Under the pieces are notes generated by a model, which searched no databases, was not told the DNA's origin, and saw nothing but the letters and a program-made list of their open reading frames with translations. A stretch of DNA of 64,000 nucleotides from assembly GCF_040240425.1 (NCBI RefSeq), contig NZ_QPHG01000017.1, forward strand, positions 6,806 through 70,805. The letters are read 5' to 3'. Each line of letters opens with the position of its first letter. The stretch's first letter is position 1. This DNA is from Nitrosomonas sp. GTDB lineage: Bacteria > Pseudomonadota > Gammaproteobacteria > Burkholderiales > Nitrosomonadaceae. The translations under genes and the position numbers were made by a program. Positions 20,209-29,870 of the stretch are shown here, one piece after another.

Positions 20209-21486
20209 ATGAGCGAACCCACCATTCATTGCCCCAATTGTGCAACGGAAATCAAACTCACCGAATCTCTGGCCGCTCCGCTGATCCAAGCAACGCGGCA
20301 AGAATATGAATCGAAATTGGCGCAAAAAGAAGCAGATGTTTCCAAACGCGAAGCCACACTCAAAGCCCAGCAGAGATCACTGGAAGACGCACAGAAAACT
20401 GTTGATGAGCAAGTTGCCAGCAAGTTACAGGCGGAACGCGCACTGATCGCCACCGAGGAAGGCAAGAAAGCAAGATTGGCGATGGCAAACGACTTAGAAG
20501 CGAAATCAAAAGAACTGGTCGAATTGCAAGAAATTCTCCAGCAGCGCAACAGCAAACTGGAAGAAGCGCAAAAAGCGCAGGTCGATTTGATCCGGAAACA
20601 GCGCGAGCTGGACGATGCCAAGCGGGAATTGGATTTAACCGTCGAAAAACGCTTGCAGGAATCGATCGCTCTGGTTCGTCAAAAAGCAAAACAAGAAGCC
20701 GAAGACGGTCTCCGGCTCAAAGTCAGTGAAAAAGAAGAGCAGATTGCGTCAATGCAGCGGCAAATTGAGGAACTGAAGCGCAGAGCCGATCAGGGTTCGC
20801 AACAACTTCAAGGCGAAGTTCTCGAGCTCGAACTGGAAACCACGCTGCGGCTCAAATTCCCGTTGGATAGTATCGAGCCTGTTGCAAAAGGCGAATTCGG
20901 CGGCGATGTGCTACAGAGAGTCATGGGGCCGCTGGGACAATGGTGCGGTTCGATTTTGTGGGAATCCAAAAGAACCAAGAATTGGAGTGACGGTTGGCTG
21001 GCAAAACTTCGTGGCGATCAACGCACCGCGAAAGCGGAGATAGCTGTGCTGGTATCCAGCACGTTACCGAAGGAGATCGAAACATTCGGCCAAATCGATG
21101 GTGTCTGGATTACCGAACCTCGTCTGGCGCTGCCGCTCGTCATCGCTCTACGCCAATCCCTGATCGAAATCGCCAGCACACGGCAAATCCAGGAAGGGCA
21201 GGAAACCAAAATGGAGCTGGTCTATCAGTATTTGACCGGACCAAGATTCAAACATCGCATCGAAGCCATTGTTGAGAAATTCTCCGACATGCAGGCTGAT
21301 CTCGATAGAGAACGCAAAGCCATGACACGGCTATGGGCCAAGCGGGAAATGCAAATTCAGGGCGTCATTGAATCCACTGTAGGTATGTATGGCGATCTGC
21401 AAGGCATTGCAGGACGCGCGCTACCTGCCATCGAGGGATTGGAATTACCGATGCTGGATTTGAAAGACTCCGGTAACGAGCCTTAG
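20209..21486 (+). CDS. DUF2130-family coiled-coil protein
   Basis: N-terminal CPNCATEI zinc-ribbon-like motif, a long coiled coil rich in E/K/Q, and a conserved C-terminal globular part. This matches the DUF2130 layout from memory. Confidence 0.6.
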   Translation: MSEPTIHCPNCATEIKLTESLAAPLIQATRQEYESKLAQKEADVSKREATLKAQQRSLEDAQKTVDEQVASKLQAERALIATEEGKKARLAMANDLEAKSKELVELQEILQQRNSKLEEAQKAQVDLIRKQRELDDAKRELDLTVEKRLQESIALVRQKAKQEAEDGLRLKVSEKEEQIASMQRQIEELKRRADQGSQQLQGEVLELELETTLRLKFPLDSIEPVAKGEFGGDVLQRVMGPLGQWCGSILWESKRTKNWSDGWLAKLRGDQRTAKAEIAVLVSSTLPKEIETFGQIDGVWITEPRLALPLVIALRQSLIEIASTRQIQEGQETKMELVYQYLTGPRFKHRIEAIVEKFSDMQADLDRERKAMTRLWAKREMQIQGVIESTVGMYGDLQGIAGRALPAIEGLELPMLDLKDSGNEP

Positions 21487-21659
21487 CTAGCAATTTGATA
21501 TCCACTGCAAAAAACTTCCTTTCCCCGCACACCACAATAGTTTCAGGAAAATTCATGCAATCAGCCAAGATTGACTCAGTAGGAAAATTACTCTTGTATC
21601 TAAAGAAATTTAACCAGCTTTCGTTAAAAAAGCGTACTTGTAACGCCATATGATAAAAA

Positions 21660-23381
21660 ATGAGTTTATCGATCAATACAAATCTAGGAGCGCTGAATAG
21701 TTCGCGGTATTTATCCGCAACTACAAACGATCTCGGCCGTTCATTAGAACGGCTGTCATCGGGTATGCGGATTAACAACGCTAGGGATGACGCGGCGGGC
21801 CTCGCCATCTCGGACCGGATGACATCGCAAATTCGCGGCTTAAATCAGGCGACCAGAAATGCCAGTGATGGAATCTCGATGCTACAAACCGCCGATGGTG
21901 CATTGACTTCGGTGACTTCGGCATTGCAACGCATCCGTGAACTTTCCATACAAGCAGCAAACTCAACCAATAGTCTCAGCGACAAGAAAGCATTACAAGA
22001 AGAAGCGAATCAACTGATTCAGGAAATAGAAAGCGTTTCCACCACGGCTACATTCAACGGCGACAAAATATTCGATAATTCCGGTAGCAGTGTTCTCGGC
22101 AATTCCGATCAACTGGCTGTTATGTATGGATTACAAAATGGCTGGCTGGAAGATGCGGAAAGCAAGATCCAGCAATATTTTGGCATTTCCGCCGACGGCG
22201 CTGATATGAATATCGAGCTGACAACGTTTACCGATGGCGCGGGCGGAACTGCTGCCCGGGTGGTAGGATCGGTACCCGGAAGCTATACGGGTAAGGCGAC
22301 TAATGTCAAATTGCAGATCGATATGAGCGACTTCACGCCACCCAATTTACCCGACGGCGGCAATGCGCCATTTTATAACGACCGGATTATTGCGCATGAA
22401 ATGGTGCACGCGGTGATGTACCGGAGCATGAATATCGGTTCGATGTTTGATCCCTCCGGAGATCAAACATGGTTTATGGAAGGCTCTGCGGAATTTATTC
22501 ATGGCGCCGACGAGCGTTTGCAGTCTTCGATCAGCAGTGTCGGCATCGGCGGTGTCATGGCTAAAGCAACCACTTTCGGCTCAGCCGGCGCAGCCTGGGG
22601 AGGAACTTCGGATGATTACTCCGCAGCCTACTCCGCCGTGCGCTACTTACATCAAGTCATCAAGGATAACGGCGGCTCGGGCATCAAGGATGTCATGGTT
22701 TACTTAAACCAGAATCAAAGCGCCACACTCAGCGATGCCATCAGCGCCGCGACCGGTGGCTTATATGCTAACGCCGATGCCTTTAATGCCGATTTTGTTG
22801 CGAACGGCGCCGCATACATTGCCGGTATGGATCTGACCGATACCGACACCGGAGCGATTGGCGGTTCAAATGCCGATGGAGGCGCAATCCAAACCGCTAC
22901 AAGCGTTATTTCCGATACCGCTTCAAGAGGCGGTACCAATCCGCTCGGTGGATTTAACGAAATCTGGGAAAATATAAACACCGCCGCGGTCGGTAATAAC
23001 AAACAACTACAAGTAGGGGCAAACAAAACTAACACCATGAATGTCACTTTCGGAGCGGTCAATACTGCTGCGATGAGTATCCAGAGTGTGGATCTGGTTA
23101 ATAATGCCGGATTTGCCACCTACATGATGGATCTTGCCTTGAATCATGTTAATGAGGAAAGATCGAAGATCGGTGCACAGCTGAACCGGTTGGAATCGGT
23201 CATTACCAACAACAATACCAGTGTCGAGTCTACCGTAGCCAGCCGGTCACGCATCCAGGATGCCGACTACGCGCAAGAAACGACTACCCTGACCAAAACA
23301 CAGATTATGCAGCAGGCCGCTACAGCAGTATTGGCGCAAGCCAATACATCGCCGCAAATGTTGATGGCACTGCTCAAGTAA
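21660..23381 (+). CDS. Flagellin carrying a zinc-metallopeptidase domain in the variable region (flagellinolysin-like)
   Basis: Canonical flagellin N-terminus ([28 protein letters not shown]) and C-terminus ([34 protein letters not shown]). The central insert carries HEMVH (22395-22409), with WFMEGSAEF about 25 residues later. Confidence 0.8.
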   Translation: MSLSINTNLGALNSSRYLSATTNDLGRSLERLSSGMRINNARDDAAGLAISDRMTSQIRGLNQATRNASDGISMLQTADGALTSVTSALQRIRELSIQAANSTNSLSDKKALQEEANQLIQEIESVSTTATFNGDKIFDNSGSSVLGNSDQLAVMYGLQNGWLEDAESKIQQYFGISADGADMNIELTTFTDGAGGTAARVVGSVPGSYTGKATNVKLQIDMSDFTPPNLPDGGNAPFYNDRIIAHEMVHAVMYRSMNIGSMFDPSGDQTWFMEGSAEFIHGADERLQSSISSVGIGGVMAKATTFGSAGAAWGGTSDDYSAAYSAVRYLHQVIKDNGGSGIKDVMVYLNQNQSATLSDAISAATGGLYANADAFNADFVANGAAYIAGMDLTDTDTGAIGGSNADGGAIQTATSVISDTASRGGTNPLGGFNEIWENINTAAVGNNKQLQVGANKTNTMNVTFGAVNTAAMSIQSVDLVNNAGFATYMMDLALNHVNEERSKIGAQLNRLESVITNNNTSVESTVASRSRIQDADYAQETTTLTKTQIMQQAATAVLAQANTSPQMLMALLK

Positions 23382-23577
23382 GCTAGTCACACTCCAGATT
23401 TCTCATTCCATTTTTATCCTGTTGTTTCTGCGCACAAATCACTTCATTAGCCTGAAATCCGGTTGCTTATTACGTTTGAGCTGATACACTGAATTCCAGG
23501 AAATAGTTACAGCGGAATCATCCGCAATTTGGTGTGAACCGCTCGAAATTCATCGTTAATCACACGAGAGGTTAATC

Positions 23578-25191
23578 ATGACAGACATTGATTATAAAAG
23601 ACGTCAGTTCCTGCAATATACCACTTTAGGTACCTTGGCTGCCGCCATGCCCGGTTTCGCATTTGCCGAAAACCGCGTTATTAATAAAACGCCCGACCAT
23701 TCATTCAAAGCCGATGTTGAAATTGCATTAACCGCTCAGACTGCGGATGTTCCTATCTTGCCGGGTGCTCATACGCACGTTTTCAAATACACTGGAAAAT
23801 TACTCAAAGGGCCTCAGACCGCACTCAAGGAATTGCCCGGTTACTTAGGGTCGATCCTCAATTTTGAACAGGGTCAGAAAGTCCGGATATTCTTTCATAA
23901 CCAATTACCGGAACCGTGCGTTACCCATTGGCATGGCATGCATGTGCCACAAGTGATGGATGGCCATCCGATGTATGCGATCCATCATGGCGAGCAGTAT
24001 GTTTACGAGTTTGAGGTAAAAAACCCAGCCGGTACCAACTGGTATCATTCACATACCCATGAATTAACGGCTTCTCAGGTATATCAAGGCTTAGCCGGAT
24101 TGATCACCATTACGGACGAAGCTGAGCGTAGACTGGAATTACCCAGCGGTGAATATGACATTCCGCTGGTCATCCAAGATCGCAGTTTCTCGCAGGGCAA
24201 TCAATTACGCTACATGTTGAACATGCATCAACGCATGCGCGGCTTTCTGGGCGACACGATCCTGGTGAATGGCCAAAGTGACAGCGCCATCGCCGTTAAA
24301 ACACGGGCATACCGCTTTCGCATACTGAATGGATCAAACTCCAGAATTTACAAGCTGGGTTGGAATGATGGCACACCGCTCATTGCGATCGGCACCGATG
24401 GCGGGTTACTGGAAAAACCGCAAACTTTCCCCTACATCATGCTCGCACCCGCCGAGCGGGTCGAACTGTGGGTCGATTTCAGCGGCCGCAAACCCGGTTC
24501 CGATCTAACGCTGCAAAATCTGGCCTATCAGGGATCTGCCGCGCATATGGGAGGAGGTATGGGAGGCGGACGCCATGGTATGGGCCGGATGGGTATGATG
24601 GACGGGGTTTCAAGCCAGAATGACGTGTTCCCCGTCGTTAAATTCCAGATCACCGAGCAAGTCAGCGACTCACCCGCATTACCGGCCACACTGGTTCCAT
24701 TGCGCCGCTTGACTGCCGCGGATGTTACTCATCCCGGCACCACGGTGCCGATTACCATCGGCATGCGGCATATGGCATTCAATCTCAACGGTAAGACGTT
24801 TGAGATGCAAAACTATTCCGAGCAGGAAAAAATTCCGCTGAATTCCGTTCAGAAAATCAAAATATCCCATGATAGCCAAGGAATGGGAGGAGGAATGCGC
24901 GGCGGCCGGGGTGGCGGCATGGGTATGATGATGGCATTGCCGCATCCCGTCCACCTCCATGGTCAGCAGTTCCAGATCCTGTCGCGCAAGCAAAACAACC
25001 CGGGCGGCGCTTACGATACGGTCAAGGACGGATTCATTACCAGCGGCTGGAAAGATACTGTCTTGGTCATGCCGGGCGAAGAAGTGGAAATCATTAAACC
25101 TTTCAAGGACTATACCGGCTTATTTCTTTATCACTGCCACAACCTGGAGCACGAAGATATGGGCATGATGCGCAATTTCTTTGTCAGTTGA
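23578..25191 (+). CDS. Multicopper oxidase with Tat signal and two Met/Gly-rich loops (CopA/CueO-like)
   Basis: Twin-arginine motif KRRQFLQY. Copper-ligand motifs HWHGMH, HSHTH, HPVHLHG and YHCHNLEHEDMGMM. Met/Gly tracts are encoded at about 24541-24605 and 24881-24945. Confidence 0.9.
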   Translation: MTDIDYKRRQFLQYTTLGTLAAAMPGFAFAENRVINKTPDHSFKADVEIALTAQTADVPILPGAHTHVFKYTGKLLKGPQTALKELPGYLGSILNFEQGQKVRIFFHNQLPEPCVTHWHGMHVPQVMDGHPMYAIHHGEQYVYEFEVKNPAGTNWYHSHTHELTASQVYQGLAGLITITDEAERRLELPSGEYDIPLVIQDRSFSQGNQLRYMLNMHQRMRGFLGDTILVNGQSDSAIAVKTRAYRFRILNGSNSRIYKLGWNDGTPLIAIGTDGGLLEKPQTFPYIMLAPAERVELWVDFSGRKPGSDLTLQNLAYQGSAAHMGGGMGGGRHGMGRMGMMDGVSSQNDVFPVVKFQITEQVSDSPALPATLVPLRRLTAADVTHPGTTVPITIGMRHMAFNLNGKTFEMQNYSEQEKIPLNSVQKIKISHDSQGMGGGMRGGRGGGMGMMMALPHPVHLHGQQFQILSRKQNNPGGAYDTVKDGFITSGWKDTVLVMPGEEVEIIKPFKDYTGLFLYHCHNLEHEDMGMMRNFFVS

Positions 25192-25230
25192 TTTGATTGA
25201 TCGCGAATCGGCTTGATGAACTTATCGCGC

Positions 25231-27609
25231 CTATTCCACTGGCAACTCAATCCAGAAAGTACTGCCCACACCCAATTCACTGTCGGCCCCGACCGTACCG
25301 CCCATTAACTCGACAATCTGGCGCGAAATGGATAATCCGATACCGGTCCCTTCAATGCCGCTATTCGTAGCATCCAATCGATTAAACAGCTGAAAGAGCT
25401 CCGCCATTTTATGCGTCGCGATACCGGTCCCGGTATCGGTAATGAGGATCCGCAAATAGCCTGGATTGTCCGATGACGCTCTCGCGTCGATATGCACTGT
25501 GCCGCCTTTGCGGTTGTATTTAACGGCGTTGGATATCAGGTTGAGAATGACTTGCTTAAACCGGACTCGATCGGTATGCAGAATCTTACCGGCCACACCA
25601 GCTTGCACCAGCTGAACATCCAGCTTATCCGCTTGAGTCCGCACCAGGCTGATACACGCTTCGATAATCGGACCAATCTCAACCGGCTCCAATTTCAGAT
25701 CGATCCGCCCTGATTCGATTCTGGCCAAATCCAGCACTTCATTAATCAACGCCAGCAAATGCGTACCCGCATTCCTGATTTCTCTGATGTACTTCACATG
25801 TTGATTGTCAGGGTCTTCCAGTTCAATTAACTGACTAAACCCCAGAATCGCATTCAGAGGTGTGCGTAACTCATGGCTCATACTGGAAAGAAATTGCGAT
25901 TTGGCTTGGTTAGCCCGCTCCGCTTCCTGTCGCGCATGGATAAGCGCCTCCTCGGCAGCCTTGCGCTCAGTAATATCTTCGGCGATACCCTCGATGCACA
26001 GATCGCCGTTAGCATCGCTGGCCGGATGCGCCGAGGCCAGGATCGTGCGTTCGCTGCCATCCGGATGAACAAAATTCATTTCGAATTGCACAAAATCAAT
26101 CTTTCCTTGCGCAATCTGAGTAACGACAGAATAAGCATGATCCAACGAATCCGGATACCAATTCACGATGCCATCCCAGAATTTTCCGATGGCTTCTTCC
26201 TTCGTAATACCAAAAACTTTATCGACACCGCTGCTGATGTAGGTGAGCTCCCCTGTCAGCGCTTTATGGCTATAAATGACAAATTTACCGCCGATGTCTT
26301 CCACCAAGCGTTGATATCGTTCCTGACTTTCCCGCAGCGCCTGTTCCGCCTGCAAACGCGCGGTGATATCTTCGATAATCGACCAGATCAATTCCCGGCC
26401 GGAAGCATCGCGGATCACGACACCGTTAAGTTGAACCTGATACCGGCTGCCGTCCTTGCGGATATATTCCTTCCGGTAAGGACCGAAACTGCCCATCGCT
26501 CGCAAACTCTCAAGCTGGCGCGCCTCATCGGCGGCATACTCCGGCGGTGTAATATCCCAGTACGTCAGATTAAGAAATTCCTCGCGTGAATAACCGGTGG
26601 GCGCTAACAAGGCATCATTGAATTCGATGAATCGACCGGTAGCATAATCGTTTAAGGCGATACCAACCGGTGACATCACGAACAGCGCTCTCAGTCGTGT
26701 CTCACTATCCCGGTTTTTCTGATGAAATCTGGCAATCGCAACCAGCGGCAGGAGAATTAAAATGCCGCTCAGAATCAGGCCCAACCGGAAAAAAATAGAA
26801 TTGCCGCCCGCAGCGGCCCAGCCACCTTTGGGGACTGCCGCCATCTGCCAGGAACCATTATCCGGCAAGGAGATATCGAGTAGTACAGGACGCTGATCGA
26901 AGATCTGATCGGTTCCGAAAAACACCTTGCCGTTTTCCGGCCCGCCGTTCCGCCGTAGCGCAATATCAAATTCCTCAGCAAGGGCCAGTAAACCGCTTGC
27001 CTGGTATAACTGCTCCACATCGATCACAGCGGAGATCACGCCCCAGAATACGTTACCCTCGCCAGACTGTTGACGGTCGAGAAATACCGGAATACGCGCG
27101 ATAAAACCTTGCCCACCTTGAACCAGATCAACCGGCCCGTCTAACAGAAGACTTTTATTGTCGCGCGCTTGTAACACGGCTTGGAGTTGCTTGGGATGAT
27201 TGCGGAAATTCAAACCGACGGCCGCTTCGTTGCCTTCGAGCGGATACATATACTTTATGATTAAATCGGGCGCGGCGCCGATATTGCGCAATTGCGAACG
27301 GCCTTTGAACAGATATTGAGCCAATTGGGCAAATTTATCCGCCGGCAGATCCGGCTCAACCGAAACCGACGCAACCAGACCTTGCACCAGTTGCGCATTA
27401 CTGGTGATGTTACCTTCCAAGGTGGCACGCAACAGGCTAAACCGGGTAAATACCGCATCACGCAGATCGCGCTCCTGGTTTCGCGAATGCAAATGATCGA
27501 CATAGAATCCGACCGGCAAAAGGCAAATTCCAACCACGAATACCGGTAAAAAAATGAATTGCCTGTTGTGCAGGCAAGACAGGAAACGAGCGGCGGCGTT
27601 GTGCATCAT
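25231..27609 (-). CDS. Sensor histidine kinase: CHASE - TM - two PAS - HisKA - HATPase
   Basis: Periplasmic CHASE-like region between two TM segments. PAS segments. H-box SHELRTPLNAILGF. N, G1 and G2 boxes (NAVKYN, DTGTGI, GTGIGLSI). No receiver domain and no adjacent response regulator. Confidence 0.85.
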   Translation of the reverse strand: MMHNAAARFLSCLHNRQFIFLPVFVVGICLLPVGFYVDHLHSRNQERDLRDAVFTRFSLLRATLEGNITSNAQLVQGLVASVSVEPDLPADKFAQLAQYLFKGRSQLRNIGAAPDLIIKYMYPLEGNEAAVGLNFRNHPKQLQAVLQARDNKSLLLDGPVDLVQGGQGFIARIPVFLDRQQSGEGNVFWGVISAVIDVEQLYQASGLLALAEEFDIALRRNGGPENGKVFFGTDQIFDQRPVLLDISLPDNGSWQMAAVPKGGWAAAGGNSIFFRLGLILSGILILLPLVAIARFHQKNRDSETRLRALFVMSPVGIALNDYATGRFIEFNDALLAPTGYSREEFLNLTYWDITPPEYAADEARQLESLRAMGSFGPYRKEYIRKDGSRYQVQLNGVVIRDASGRELIWSIIEDITARLQAEQALRESQERYQRLVEDIGGKFVIYSHKALTGELTYISSGVDKVFGITKEEAIGKFWDGIVNWYPDSLDHAYSVVTQIAQGKIDFVQFEMNFVHPDGSERTILASAHPASDANGDLCIEGIAEDITERKAAEEALIHARQEAERANQAKSQFLSSMSHELRTPLNAILGFSQLIELEDPDNQHVKYIREIRNAGTHLLALINEVLDLARIESGRIDLKLEPVEIGPIIEACISLVRTQADKLDVQLVQAGVAGKILHTDRVRFKQVILNLISNAVKYNRKGGTVHIDARASSDNPGYLRILITDTGTGIATHKMAELFQLFNRLDATNSGIEGTGIGLSISRQIVELMGGTVGADSELGVGSTFWIELPVE

Positions 27610-27998
27610 AAGTCACGAATAATTTGCATGAGAAAGCATGGCCGGGCAACGAAGTAACAGGTTAATTGACCGATGATTATCCGCTCAATCGTATCAAACC
27701 GTACACGCATTTCCGGTCAACAGCATCAGGCGCTTCGGTATTTTTCATCATAGCCCCCCACAATCTCTCATAACAATCGCCATTCGATCCCGCTCATCAC
27801 GATAAGCCACTGAGAAAACTAATTTTCATCGTCAGTATCGAGAGAATCGCGAAAAAGATTACCTTTCACATCGCTATTTATCCTATAGAAACCACACCAG
27901 CTTTTTATAATGACACATCCTGGCATGCATTCCGGCCATCGATAACTTAATGATTTTGGAACGGCATCAATGTTACGCATTAATAATAGGTAAACAAC

Positions 27999-28913
27999 AT
28001 GAATCAGATTGCATGCAATGAAATGAAATACCGGCCGGAAGAATCCGCCATATCCGGCCCTATCGATTTGGAACAAATCCTCGCACGTATCAATACGCTG
28101 CCAGCCATGCCGGTCATTGCGCAAAAATTGCTCGGGCTGGCGTTGAACACAGACCATGGCGAAACGCAGATGCTCAAGCTGGTCGCACAAGACTCGCAGA
28201 TCTCAGCCAAGATCATCGGATTATCAAATTCCGCTTTATTCGCCACGCCTGGCATTATCACGTCGATCATCGATGCCGCCATGTATCTCGGCTTGACGCA
28301 AATAAAATCGGTCGCCATCGGCATGGCAACTGTTTCGGCATTGACCAAACCACCCGAAGGCAAATTGAGATCCGCCGATTTATGGGCTCACAGCATGACC
28401 ATAGCCTCGGCCATGCGCGTTATCGCCAAACACATGCCCGTAAAAACCAGACCGGTGGACGAGCAGATCTTCCTCGCGGGATTGCTGCACGACATCGGTT
28501 ACAACGTGCTTAATTTTATTGCCAAGGATACGTGCAACGCACTCTACGAAAAACTCAGCACTCCATCGGATGCATCACCGCTGGAAATAGAACATGCGCT
28601 GCTCGGCACGCACCATGGCGAAATCGGCGCACAACTCGGCATCCATTGGGGATTACCGGCTGAAATCATTGCCGTCATCCGCTATCACCACATCCCCAAT
28701 AGCGCGAACGCTGAAATCGGCCAACCACTAGTACGGCTCGTCAACTTGGCCGAGCGAATGCTGCCGGATTTTGCGATAATCGAATCCACCGTGCAAGAAA
28801 TTACTCCACAGGAATGGATCGCTCTTGGCATCGACCCTGGTAAAGCGGACAATATTGCCGAGCAAATCAGCAGTGTCGCGGAGCAAGCCAAACAATTGGC
28901 CAGTATTATTTAA
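27999..28913 (+). CDS. HDOD-domain protein
   Basis: LPAMPVIAQKLLGL.. followed by the HDOD core (GLLHDIGYNVL, HHGEIGAQLG..WGLP). Confidence 0.8.
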   Translation: MNQIACNEMKYRPEESAISGPIDLEQILARINTLPAMPVIAQKLLGLALNTDHGETQMLKLVAQDSQISAKIIGLSNSALFATPGIITSIIDAAMYLGLTQIKSVAIGMATVSALTKPPEGKLRSADLWAHSMTIASAMRVIAKHMPVKTRPVDEQIFLAGLLHDIGYNVLNFIAKDTCNALYEKLSTPSDASPLEIEHALLGTHHGEIGAQLGIHWGLPAEIIAVIRYHHIPNSANAEIGQPLVRLVNLAERMLPDFAIIESTVQEITPQEWIALGIDPGKADNIAEQISSVAEQAKQLASII

Positions 28914-28952
28914 TTCAAAGATTCTGTTGTAATCAATTACTCGAATTCTTAA

Positions 28953-29360
28953 CTACAATTTTGAGCTATGTAAAGCTGCGATCAACTTCTTATTTGGTTT
29001 ATTTGCGCTGTAAGCCCCATGCTTCTGCCAAGACTCTGAATTCAGCCATGCGGTATGCATCTCAACTATCGCAACCAATTCATCGTGCTCGATCAAATGC
29101 CAACTATCATTTATTGGAAATGCCATAAATAGCGATTTCTCCATGTATTTCCGTGCAATTGTAAGTCTCGACTTGAGCTGTACTTTGAGAGTTTCCTTGC
29201 CAGTTTTATGGTATGCGAGAAAATCTGCGCCCCGCCAATCATCGGCAAGCTTAATGCAATTAAATCCATAGTCCGCCAAAAGCCCAGCTACTTTCTGGAA
29301 ATTGAAAATTTCTTTCTGGCGCGAATTTAGATCTGAATACTTTATTTTTTCCAGCTTCAT
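28953..29360 (-). CDS. Hypothetical protein with a PD-(D/E)xK-like nuclease motif
   Basis: 135 aa. GADFLAY...LKVQLKSR fits a D...(E/Q)xK restriction-endonuclease-fold pattern. The gene looks AT-richer than its neighbours by eye. No family recognised. Confidence 0.35.
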   Translation of the reverse strand: MKLEKIKYSDLNSRQKEIFNFQKVAGLLADYGFNCIKLADDWRGADFLAYHKTGKETLKVQLKSRLTIARKYMEKSLFMAFPINDSWHLIEHDELVAIVEMHTAWLNSESWQKHGAYSANKPNKKLIAALHSSKL

Positions 29361-29383
29361 TTGTGATCACACGGTGAGAAACA

Positions 29384-29797
29384 TCAATTTCCCGCAGCTG
29401 CATTCTGCCTCGCTGCATAAACATATCCCCCAATCGCTCCCGCAACTAGCCCCAGTGGCGCTGCGATAAAGAGTCCGATCATCGGCCCTTGGTTGGTGTC
29501 TTTGGAAATGGCCATCGGCCCGAGGAAACCCAGGGTAAAAAATAGTCCGCCCAGAATTAATGCGCCGCCGGTAACCGCAACCAAAGTGCTTATTCTTTCT
29601 CCAGCAACCAGTTTCCAAGTAAACCACGCGGCGAAGGTTGCGCAGACAACCGAAACGGTGGCGGAAAGCCAGGCAGGAAAGCCGGTCGTAATCGTTAGAA
29701 TCGTGCTGATAAAAAACAGTACAATCAAAAACATCAAAAAAGAGACGAGTGGTTTAAGGATCTGAATCATTGCAGCGTATATCCGTTGAGTGGTCAT
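29384..29797 (-). CDS. Small integral membrane protein (about 4 TM), unknown function
   Basis: Four hydrophobic helices. It lies 23 nt upstream of 28953..29360 on the same strand. Confidence 0.5.
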   Translation of the reverse strand: MTTQRIYAAMIQILKPLVSFLMFLIVLFFISTILTITTGFPAWLSATVSVVCATFAAWFTWKLVAGERISTLVAVTGGALILGGLFFTLGFLGPMAISKDTNQGPMIGLFIAAPLGLVAGAIGGYVYAARQNAAAGN

Positions 29798-29870
29798 TTA
29801 ACAGCGCAGCATTGTAAACTATCTCCCGTGCACCTATCGCTTGGATTTACCACATGAGGCTATCGTCTGT

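Noticed and set aside
21601-21659. Sigma-28 (FliA) type promoter upstream of the flagellin gene
   Set aside because: The best candidates are TAAAGAAA-N11-TTCGTTAA and TAAAAAAG-N11-CGCCATAT. They match the TAAAGTTT-N11-GCCGATAA consensus only partially. One would leave almost no 5' UTR. This is not strong enough to annotate.
25873-26589. 238-aa plus-strand ORF antisense to the histidine kinase gene
   Set aside because: Antisense shadow ORF. The kinase frame carries PAS and HisKA motifs.
27819-28190. 123-aa minus-strand ORF spanning the HDOD gene start
   Set aside because: It overlaps a supported CDS in antisense and has no RBS or recognisable motifs.
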